Below are positions 44,375-52,489 of a DNA stretch of 64,000 nucleotides, piece after piece; the first letter of the stretch is position 1; each line of letters begins with the position of its first letter. The stretch comes from an uncultured Coriobacteriia bacterium (lineage in GTDB: Bacteria; Actinomycetota; Coriobacteriia; Coriobacteriales; QAMH01): assembly GCA_959608885.1 (NCBI GenBank), contig CAUHSG010000003.1, forward strand, positions 2,276 through 66,275. Reading direction: 5' to 3'. Below the pieces are notes generated by a model. It did no database searches, was not told the origin of the DNA, and saw only the letters and a list, made by a program, of their open reading frames with translations. Made by a program: the position numbers and the translations under genes.

Positions 44375-46704
44375 AGCTGTTCAAAGGCCAGGGAACTGCC
44401 GATCTTGGCAAGCCGTGGCGCTTCGAGGAAGACAGCCTCACCGTCACCCGCGGTTGCGCGTGGTCTCCTCCGGGATGCCACCCCGTTGGCTGCGGCATCA
44501 AGACCTACGTGAACTCCAACGGCGAGCTGGTCAGAATCGAAGGAGACGAGAACCATCCCGTCACGGGAGGCCGTCTGTGCGTTCGTTGCCTGACCATGCG
44601 CGATTACGTCTACAATCCCGATCGCGTGCTCTACCCGATGAAGCGCGCCCGCGAGGACCGCAGCAAGAACAAGTGGGAGCGCATCACCTGGGACGAGGCC
44701 TTCGACACCATTGCCGAGAAGGTCGCGTATTACAAGGAAAACTACGGGGCGGAGTCCATCCTCATGCAAGGCGGCACGGGCCGCGAGGGTGGCCCCATGC
44801 TTCCCGCGTACGCACAGGCCGCATTGGGAACGCCTAATGCTTCCCAACCGCTCAGCGGCTACTCGTGCTATATTCCGCGCGTCGCGGGCACGACCTACGT
44901 CACAGGCGTCGTCTATCCCGAGATGGACTACGCTGGCGGCCTGCCCGGCCGCTATGACGATCCCGCCTTCAAGCTTCCCGAGCTCATCGTATTCTGGGGC
45001 AAGGACCCACTGCCCACGAACGGTGACGGGCTATTCGGTCACGCCGCCATCGACATGATGCGCCGCGGCTCCAAGCTGATGAGCATCGACCCGCGCGTCA
45101 ACTGGGTGGCGACCCGCGCCGACTGGCATTTGCGCCTGCGCCCCGGTACGGATACCGCCTTGGGCATGGCGATGCTCAACGTCATCATCGAGGAGGATCT
45201 CTACGACCACGACTTCGTCGAGCGCTGGTGCTACGGCTTCGAGCAGCTCGCCGAGCGTGTCGAGGAGATGCCAGCCGAGAAGGCCGCCGAGATCACCGGT
45301 GTGGATGCCGGCCTCATCACCGAGGCCGCCCGCGTCTACGCTGCGGCCAAGCCCGCGCAGATCGCGTGGGGCCTGGCCATCGACATGAAGTCGAACGGCA
45401 TGCAAGCCGGGCACTGCATCCTCGCGCTCGAGGCCATCACAGGCAACCTCGACGTTCCCGGCGGCCAGCTCGTAGGTGACGTCAACGACGGACTCGAGCT
45501 CGGCTTTGGCTGGAAGGAGCTCGGCCCCGAGCTGCAGGAGAAGATACTCGGCCTCAAGCGCTACCCGGCCATGGTCAGCTTCGTGCTCAACGCACATTGC
45601 GACATGGTTCTCGACGCGCTCGAGACCGGTGAGCCCTATGCCTTCAAGATGGCGGGTTTCGAGGATTGCAACGGTCTGGCCGGCACGGATTGTGCCCAAC
45701 CGCAGCGCTGGCACGATGCGTACCAGAACCTCGAGTGGTGCTTCGGCATTGACGTGTGGCTCACGCCCACCATCCAGGCGACATGCGAGCTGTTCCTGCC
45801 GCTTTCTTCGACGGTCGAGTATGACAGCGTGGTCTATAGCCATTACGGCGCCTCGCCCATCACCATGGGCGCCGTCAACAAGTCCATCACGGTGGGCGAA
45901 GGCAAGGGCGATGCCGAGATCATGTACGAGATCGGCCGTCGGTGCATGCCCATCAATTTCGGACGCTTTGCGAATTTCTACGAGTTTCTCGAGTATTACC
46001 GCCTCAACGGCAAAACCACCTTCGAGGAGCTGCGCGAGGAGGTCGTCCACCAGAAGACCGAGACGCTATCCTATCGCAAATACGAGACGGGCAAGCTGCG
46101 TCCCGACGGCATGCCCGGCTTCAACACCCCGACCGGCCGCGTCGAGCTCTATTCGACGATGTTCCGTCAGTTCGGGGTCGATCCGTTGCCGTACTACGAG
46201 GAGCCTCAGCTCTCGCCGGTATCCACGTCCGAGAAGATGGAGGAGTACCCGTTCGTGCTCACCACGGGCGCCCGTACCTACTGCTACTTCCACTCGGAGG
46301 GCAAGCAGATCCCGTACCTGCGAGAGATCAATCCGGACCCGCTCATCGAGATCAATCCGCAGGATGCCCTCGAGCTCGGAATCGCAGACGGCCAATGGGT
46401 GCGCGTAAGCAACCCCTTTGGTTCATGCGTGCTCAAGGCTAAGGTCACCCAGACGGTATATCCGGGGCTGGTCATGGCCCAGCACGGCTTCTGGTTCCCC
46501 GAGGAGGACGGCGAGGAGCCGCATCTCTACGACGTATGGCGTTCCAACATCAACCTGCTCATGCCCCATTTCTACGTGGGCGAGCTCGGCTTCGGCGCGC
46601 CGTACAAGTGCCTGATCTGCAAGGTCGAGCCCATCGAGGAGAGCCACGACACCGACATGCAGGCGATTTGGAATCGCTACAGCCAGCTCGCCACACCGGA
46701 GTAG
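44371..46704 (+). CDS. molybdopterin (bis-MGD) oxidoreductase catalytic subunit, paralog C (closest to A; no ferredoxin gene follows)
   Basis: 777 aa. The N-terminus MKLFKGQGTADLGKPWRFEEDSLTVTRGCAWSPPGCHPVGCGIKTYVNSNGELVRIEGDENHP is nearly identical to paralog A. Confidence 0.92.
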   Translation: MKLFKGQGTADLGKPWRFEEDSLTVTRGCAWSPPGCHPVGCGIKTYVNSNGELVRIEGDENHPVTGGRLCVRCLTMRDYVYNPDRVLYPMKRAREDRSKNKWERITWDEAFDTIAEKVAYYKENYGAESILMQGGTGREGGPMLPAYAQAALGTPNASQPLSGYSCYIPRVAGTTYVTGVVYPEMDYAGGLPGRYDDPAFKLPELIVFWGKDPLPTNGDGLFGHAAIDMMRRGSKLMSIDPRVNWVATRADWHLRLRPGTDTALGMAMLNVIIEEDLYDHDFVERWCYGFEQLAERVEEMPAEKAAEITGVDAGLITEAARVYAAAKPAQIAWGLAIDMKSNGMQAGHCILALEAITGNLDVPGGQLVGDVNDGLELGFGWKELGPELQEKILGLKRYPAMVSFVLNAHCDMVLDALETGEPYAFKMAGFEDCNGLAGTDCAQPQRWHDAYQNLEWCFGIDVWLTPTIQATCELFLPLSSTVEYDSVVYSHYGASPITMGAVNKSITVGEGKGDAEIMYEIGRRCMPINFGRFANFYEFLEYYRLNGKTTFEELREEVVHQKTETLSYRKYETGKLRPDGMPGFNTPTGRVELYSTMFRQFGVDPLPYYEEPQLSPVSTSEKMEEYPFVLTTGARTYCYFHSEGKQIPYLREINPDPLIEINPQDALELGIADGQWVRVSNPFGSCVLKAKVTQTVYPGLVMAQHGFWFPEEDGEEPHLYDVWRSNINLLMPHFYVGELGFGAPYKCLICKVEPIEESHDTDMQAIWNRYSQLATPE

Positions 46705-46815
46705 GGGAGGGGAGGATTCTGGGAGATTGCCATTTTGGCCGGGGCGGTCACGCATCGCGAGACATCCTCGTCCAGGCAGAGAGACAAGCACGATAAGAGA
46801 GGAAAGGAAGGAAAC

Positions 46816-49107
46816 GTGACTACAACAGCCAAGATCGATAGCGGCATCGAGAACTTCAAGAACGACTTGGGCAAGCCGTGGCGTTACGAGGAAGACGGAT
46901 ATACCGTCACCCGTGCGTGCGCCTGGTCGGCTCCGGGTTGCCATCCCGTCGGATGCGGCGTCAAGCTCTACGTGAACAAGGACGGCATTCTCGAGAAGGT
47001 CGAGGGTGACGAGAACCAGCCCATCACGCAGGGTCGCCTCTGCATGCGCTGCCTGACCCTCACCGACTTCACCTATCATCCGGACCGCGTCATCTATCCC
47101 ATGAAGCGCGCCAAGGAGGATCGCGGCAAGGACAAGTGGGAGCGCATCACCTGGGACGAGGCCTATGACATCATCGAGGAGAACATCCAGGGTCTCAAGG
47201 AGAAGTACGGTCCCGAGTCCATCGTCGTCTTCGGTGGTACCGGTCGCGAGGGTGGTCCCATGTGCGGTCCCTATGGCGCCGCAATGATCGGCACGCCCAA
47301 CGCCTGCTACACCCAGTCCGGCTATGCCTGCTACATCCCGCGTGTCGCCGCTGGTACGTACGTCGCGGGCGTGACCTATCCCGAGATGGACTACGCCGGC
47401 GGCCTGCCCGGCCGCTACGACGACCCGATGTACAAGATTCCCGAGGTCATGATCACCTGGGGCAAGGAGCCGCTTCCCTCCAACGGCGATGGCTTCTTCG
47501 GGCATTCCGTCATCGACGTCATGAAGCGCGGCAGCAAGCTCATCTCGATTGACCCGCGTTCCAACTGGCTGTCCACGCGTGCGGTTTACCATCTGCAGCT
47601 TCGCCCCGGTACGGATACCGCCCTGGGCATGGCGATGCTCAACATCATCATCTCCGAGGACCTCTACGATCACGAGTTCGTCGACAAGTACTGCTACGGG
47701 TTCGAGCAGCTTGCCGAGCGCGTGAAGACCATGACCCCCGAAATGGCCGCAGAGATCTGCGACCTGGATGTCGAGGACATCTACGGCGCGACGCGCATGT
47801 ATGCGAATGCCGAAAACGCCGCAATTTTGTGGGGCCTCGCCACCGACCAGAAGGCAAACGGCACCCAATCCGGTCACACCATCATCGCGCTCGAGGCCAT
47901 CACCGGCAATCTCGACGTTCCCGGCGGCCAGTTGCTCGGTGACGTGAGCGATTCACTCGGAGACCTCGGCTTTGGCTGGAAGGAGCTCGGCCCCGAGCTG
48001 CAGAACAAGATCATCGGCCTGTACGAGTATCCCGCCTATGTCGGTATGGTGCTCAACTCTCATGCCGACCTCACGCTCGAGGCGATGGAGACGGGCGAGC
48101 CGTACGAGATTCACGGTGGCTTCATCGCATCGACCAACCTGCTTGCCGGAACCTGCGCCGCCCAACCCAAGCGCTGGCATGACGCCATGGTCAAGCTCGA
48201 CTTCGTCTTCGCGGCCGACTGCTGGATTACCCCGACCGTCCAGTGCTGCGCCGACGTCATCCTGCCGCTCGCAACGTACGCCGAGCGCCAGTCTATGGTC
48301 GGCACGCATTACGGAGCGTCGCCCAACATGCTCGGTGCCGTCGTCGATGCCGTCAAGGTGGGCGAGACCAAGGGCGACCTCGAGATTCAATACGAGCTCG
48401 GTTGCCGCCTCAATCCTGGCACCTACGAGCGCTTCAGGGATTTCGAGGACTTCCGTTCCGAGTTCCGCCTGGGCAATCTTGGCATGAGCTACGAGGAGCT
48501 GCGCGAGAAGGTCGTCGTCCAGCGCAACGTCAGCTACAAGAAGTACGAGACCGGCAAGCTGCGTCCCGACGGCAAGCCCGGCTTCAACACGCCGACCGGC
48601 CGCGTCGAGCTCTACTCGACGATGTACAAGCAGTTTGGCGAGGACCCGCTGCCGTACTATGAGGAGCCGCAGCGCTCGCCGGTCTCCACGCCCGAGCTCA
48701 TGGAGGAGTACCCGTTCGTGCTCACGACCGGTGCGCGCACCTATGCGTATTTCCACTCCGAGGGCAAGCAGATTCCCCTGCTGCGCGAGGTTAATCCCGA
48801 CCCCCTGCTCGAAATCAATCCCAAGGACGCGGAGGAGCTCGGCATCGTCGACGGCGAGTGGGTCAACGTCGAGAACGAGTTTGGAAAGTGCCAGCTCAAG
48901 GCGAAACTCACCCCGATCGTGAAGCGTGGCGTCGTGCACGCCCAGCATGGGTTCTGGTTCCCCGAGGAAGATGGCGAGGAGCCGCATCTGTTCGGCGTCT
49001 GGCGTTGCAACATCAACGAGCTCATTCCGCACAAGTTCGTTGGCAAGCTCGGCTTCGGCGCGCCATTCAAATGCGTCATCTGCAAGGTCGAGAAGCTGGG
49101 TAAATAG
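46816..49107 (+). CDS. molybdopterin (bis-MGD) oxidoreductase catalytic subunit, paralog D
   Basis: GTG at 46816 is preceded by GGAAAGGAAGGA. The protein reads VTTTAKIDSGIENFKNDLGKPWRYEEDGYTVTRACAWSAPGCHPVGCG...CMRC. It is colinear with A to C. Confidence 0.9.
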   Translation: MTTTAKIDSGIENFKNDLGKPWRYEEDGYTVTRACAWSAPGCHPVGCGVKLYVNKDGILEKVEGDENQPITQGRLCMRCLTLTDFTYHPDRVIYPMKRAKEDRGKDKWERITWDEAYDIIEENIQGLKEKYGPESIVVFGGTGREGGPMCGPYGAAMIGTPNACYTQSGYACYIPRVAAGTYVAGVTYPEMDYAGGLPGRYDDPMYKIPEVMITWGKEPLPSNGDGFFGHSVIDVMKRGSKLISIDPRSNWLSTRAVYHLQLRPGTDTALGMAMLNIIISEDLYDHEFVDKYCYGFEQLAERVKTMTPEMAAEICDLDVEDIYGATRMYANAENAAILWGLATDQKANGTQSGHTIIALEAITGNLDVPGGQLLGDVSDSLGDLGFGWKELGPELQNKIIGLYEYPAYVGMVLNSHADLTLEAMETGEPYEIHGGFIASTNLLAGTCAAQPKRWHDAMVKLDFVFAADCWITPTVQCCADVILPLATYAERQSMVGTHYGASPNMLGAVVDAVKVGETKGDLEIQYELGCRLNPGTYERFRDFEDFRSEFRLGNLGMSYEELREKVVVQRNVSYKKYETGKLRPDGKPGFNTPTGRVELYSTMYKQFGEDPLPYYEEPQRSPVSTPELMEEYPFVLTTGARTYAYFHSEGKQIPLLREVNPDPLLEINPKDAEELGIVDGEWVNVENEFGKCQLKAKLTPIVKRGVVHAQHGFWFPEEDGEEPHLFGVWRCNINELIPHKFVGKLGFGAPFKCVICKVEKLGK

Positions 49108-49118
49108 GAGGAGACGTC

Positions 49119-49466
49119 ATGAGAAACGGACTGTTAATCGATTACGAGTTTTGCACGGGCTGCCAGTCCTGCGAGGTCGCCTGCCAGAAGGAGCACGGTT
49201 TCGAGGCCGGCACCTGGGGTATTCGCGTGCTTGACGAAGGTCCTTGGGAGGTCGACGAGAAGACCATGAACTGGAACAAGATTCCCACGCCCACGACCTT
49301 GTGCGACCTGTGCGCTGACCGTACGGCGAAGGGCAAGCTTCCCACGTGCGTGCATCACTGCCTGGCTGCCGTCATGAAGTACGGCCCCATCGACGAGCTC
49401 GTCAAGGAGATGGACAAGAAACCGAACCAGGTCATGTTCGTACCAGGACCCTATATCTGCAAGTGA
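49119..49466 (+). CDS. small 8-Cys ferredoxin-like subunit (115 aa), partner of paralog D
   Basis: AGGAGGA RBS. CTGCQSCEVAC plus CDLC-x11-CVHHC. It closely resembles the paralog-A ferredoxin. Confidence 0.9.
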   Translation: MRNGLLIDYEFCTGCQSCEVACQKEHGFEAGTWGIRVLDEGPWEVDEKTMNWNKIPTPTTLCDLCADRTAKGKLPTCVHHCLAAVMKYGPIDELVKEMDKKPNQVMFVPGPYICK

Positions 49467-49567
49467 CGTTTCGAGGGCCGGGTCTCGTACCCGGCCCTCT
49501 CCGTTCGCCCTGCCGCGGGACACGGTCCCCGCCCGTTTGTCCTGCGCCCATCTACCAAGGAGGGAAC

Positions 49568-51517
49568 ATGGCATCTTTCAATGATTACGAGTACGTCTTC
49601 ACGCCACTTAAGGTGGGGCGTCAGGTCCTGAAGAATCGCATCATCTTCTCGCCGATGGTTTCCGATTACACCACCGCCAACGGCGAGCCCACCCAGGGAT
49701 ACATCGACTTCGTCGAGGAGCAGGCAAAGACCGGGGCGGCACTCATCACGCTGGGTGCGACGCCGGTCAACTGGGATACCGCGCCTGACTATCCCGCCGA
49801 GCTCAACGTTACCGAGGACACGCGCATCAACGGTCTCGTGTTGCTATCCGAGGTCGCCCATCGCCATGGTGCCAAGATTTCGGTCGAGCTCGTCCATGCC
49901 GGTCGTGGCGTGCATCCCGAGCTCATCCAGAGCGAGTACGGTCTTGCGCCCACGCCGCTGCCCATTCCCGGGCAGTACCCCTATCTCAAGGAGATGGAGT
50001 TCCGCGACATGGAGAATATCATCGCGGACTACGTTGACTGCGCGGTGCGGTTGAAGAAGGCCCAGTTCGACGGCGTGAACATCCACGCTGCCCACGGTAA
50101 CCTGATTGCCGCTTTCCTGTCTCCGCTCACCAATCATCGCAACGACAACTTCGGCGGCAGCTTCGAGAACCGCTGCCGGTTCCCGCTCATGCTGCTCAAG
50201 GCCGTGCGCGAAGCCGTCGGCGACGATTTCATGCTCGACATGCGCATCAGCGGTGACGAGATGGTCGATGGTGGCATGAGGGTCGAGGAGGTCATCGAGT
50301 TTCTCAAGCTTGCACAGGAGTATCTCGACATGGTCAACATCTCGGCCGGGCTCATCGTCGATTGGCGCGCGCAGTTCTTCACCATGCCGCCGTACTATCA
50401 GCCCCATTGTCTCAACCGCGAGCTTTCCCGCAAGGTCAAGGAATGCAAGGACATCACCATTCCCGTCTCCGTCGTCGGATGCATCACCAACACCGACGAG
50501 GCCGAGGACATCATCGCAAGCGGGGCTGCCGATGCATGCTACATCGCGCGTGCGCTGCTGGCCGACACCGAGATTCTCAAGAAGTCGTATCGCGGCGAAC
50601 CCGAGACGGTGCGTCCGTGCCTGCGCTGCCATTCGTGTGCGGCAGGTGGGGGCAATCACATGTCGTGCGCGGTCAACCCCCAACTCGGACGCGGGTATCG
50701 CTACTGGGAAATCCTGCCGGCGTCCAAGAGCAAGAAGGTCGTCATCATTGGCGGCGGCCCGGCCGGCATGATGGCCGCACAGACCGCCATCAAACGCGGT
50801 CACGAGGTCGTCTTGTTCGAGAAGTCCGCATCGTTGGGCGGGGCGCTCAATGACATCAACAAGCTGCCGTTCAAGGGCGACTTGCTGAGGTATACCGATT
50901 GGGATGTCAAGCAGACCATGGAATGCGGCGCCGACGTGCGTCTCAACACCGAGGCGACCCCGGACCTCGTCATGGCCGAGAATCCCGACGCCCTCATCGT
51001 CGCGCTTGGCTCCAAGCCCTTCGACCCGCCGGTGCCCGGGCTTGACCGTGACAACGTCTATGGCGTGCGCGACGTCGACTCGGGTCGCAAGAAGGTCAGC
51101 GGCAAAGTCGTCGTCTGCGGCGGCGGGGCGAGTGGTTGCGAATCGGCCCTGGCCCTTGCCATGGAGGGCTGCGAGGTCACGCTCGTCGATCACGTCGAGG
51201 CCGACAGATTTGCCGGCGGCATGATCCACATCACGCGCGGCATGCTCATGGCGCTGCTCGAGGAATACGGCGTGCGCATCCTGGACGACCGCAATGTCGA
51301 GGCAATCGACGAAGACGGCGTGCACATCCAGGACAGGAACTGGCGCCGCGAGGTCATCCCGGCCGACTACGTCGTCAATGCCATGGGCATCATCCCCGTC
51401 GCGCCCGACGAGTTCCGTGAGCTCGTTCCCGAGACTTATGTCGTGGGCGACTGTTCCGACATCGGGACCATCAAGAAGGCGAATCACAGCGGATTCGACG
51501 CTGCCATGGAGATATAG
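49568..51517 (+). CDS. OYE-type FMN domain + [4Fe-4S] + FAD/NAD(P) domain oxidoreductase (2-enoate reductase / 2,4-dienoyl-CoA reductase family)
   Basis: From MASFNDYEY (AAGGAGGGA RBS): NRIIFSPM, HAAHGNLIAAFLSP..N.R.D.FGGS, Cys motif RPCLRCHSCAAGGGNHMSCAVNP, and VVIIGGGPAGMMAAQTA. Confidence 0.9.
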   Translation: MASFNDYEYVFTPLKVGRQVLKNRIIFSPMVSDYTTANGEPTQGYIDFVEEQAKTGAALITLGATPVNWDTAPDYPAELNVTEDTRINGLVLLSEVAHRHGAKISVELVHAGRGVHPELIQSEYGLAPTPLPIPGQYPYLKEMEFRDMENIIADYVDCAVRLKKAQFDGVNIHAAHGNLIAAFLSPLTNHRNDNFGGSFENRCRFPLMLLKAVREAVGDDFMLDMRISGDEMVDGGMRVEEVIEFLKLAQEYLDMVNISAGLIVDWRAQFFTMPPYYQPHCLNRELSRKVKECKDITIPVSVVGCITNTDEAEDIIASGAADACYIARALLADTEILKKSYRGEPETVRPCLRCHSCAAGGGNHMSCAVNPQLGRGYRYWEILPASKSKKVVIIGGGPAGMMAAQTAIKRGHEVVLFEKSASLGGALNDINKLPFKGDLLRYTDWDVKQTMECGADVRLNTEATPDLVMAENPDALIVALGSKPFDPPVPGLDRDNVYGVRDVDSGRKKVSGKVVVCGGGASGCESALALAMEGCEVTLVDHVEADRFAGGMIHITRGMLMALLEEYGVRILDDRNVEAIDEDGVHIQDRNWRREVIPADYVVNAMGIIPVAPDEFRELVPETYVVGDCSDIGTIKKANHSGFDAAMEI

Positions 51518-51539
51518 CGAACGTATGTGAGGGACAGGT

Positions 51540-51573
51540 CGATGTGTCAGGGGCCCGGTCCCCTGACACATCG
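51540..51573 (+). terminator. 14-bp-stem hairpin between the first enoate reductase and the SDR
   Basis: CGATGTGTCAGGGG-cccggt-CCCCTGACACATCG. There is no U-tract, so it may be an RNA stability or processing element rather than a terminator. Confidence 0.4.
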
Positions 51574-51607
51574 AATCGCACGTGAGAGAACGAGGAAGGG
51601 AACCGAC

Positions 51608-52426
51608 ATGGACAAGATCATCATCGAGCCCATCACCAGCATGAAGAACGCGTTTTCCGTTGCCGGCCAAAACGTCGTCATCACCGGTGGCAATCGCGGC
51701 CTGGGACGTGGCATCGCGCAGGCGTTCGCAGAGTGCGGCGCCAACGTCGCCATCCTGTGCCGTAACGAGGCCTCCGGCAACGAGGCCGCCGAGCAACTGC
51801 GCTTGCTTGGATTGCGCGCCCTCGCCGTGAAGTGCGACGTGGGGGACTTCGATTCCGTGCTGAGGGCCAAGGAGGTCGTCGCCAGGGAGTTCGACCATAT
51901 CGACACGCTTGTCAACAACGCGGGCATTGACGGCAAGCACGGCGTCTTCGACGATGCGCGCCTCGAGGAGTTCAAGCGCGTCATGAACGTTAACCTCGAT
52001 GGTGTCGCGGCGATGATCCAGGTCTTTGGCCAGTGGATGATGGACGAGGGGCGCGGTGGCGAGATCATCAACATCTCGTCGATTGGCGGCCAGGCCATTG
52101 GCGATCCGCGCGCGCATCCCATGCCCTCGTACAACGCATCGAAGGCGGCGCTTGATCATCTGACCAGGCACCTGAGCATCGTCATGGGCGATTACGGCAT
52201 TCGCGTGAACGCCATCGCCCCTGGTCCTACGCATTCGGATCTGGATGCCGGCCTTCCGCCGTCCATCACGCAGTTCATCGACGAGACCATGCCCATGCAT
52301 CGCTTTGGTGAGCCGCTCGAAATTGGTGCCCTGGCGGTGTTCCTGGCCTCGCCTGCCGCTGCGCAGATTACGGGCGTCGTCGCCAACCATGACGGCGGCA
52401 CCATGTGCGTTGGCCTGACGTTCTAG
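51608..52426 (+). CDS. short-chain dehydrogenase/reductase (SDR)
   Basis: VITGGNRGLGRGIA, NNAG and YNASKAAL (YxxxK) motifs. Confidence 0.9.
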   Translation: MDKIIIEPITSMKNAFSVAGQNVVITGGNRGLGRGIAQAFAECGANVAILCRNEASGNEAAEQLRLLGLRALAVKCDVGDFDSVLRAKEVVAREFDHIDTLVNNAGIDGKHGVFDDARLEEFKRVMNVNLDGVAAMIQVFGQWMMDEGRGGEIINISSIGGQAIGDPRAHPMPSYNASKAALDHLTRHLSIVMGDYGIRVNAIAPGPTHSDLDAGLPPSITQFIDETMPMHRFGEPLEIGALAVFLASPAAAQITGVVANHDGGTMCVGLTF

Positions 52427-52489
52427 GAGAATAGCCCGCACGGGAGGCGCGCCAGCGCAGTCCGCATTTCGAAGAATCGAGGAGTCGCC

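Noticed and set aside
36756-49107. Twin-arginine (TAT) leaders, or selenocysteine (in-frame TGA plus SECIS), in the molybdoenzyme genes.
   Set aside because: The N-termini MKIFKGQ, MELSDYK, MKLFKGQ and VTTTAKI lack an S/T-R-R-x-F-L-K motif and a hydrophobic h-region. All four ORFs are continuous, with no internal TGA that would need recoding.
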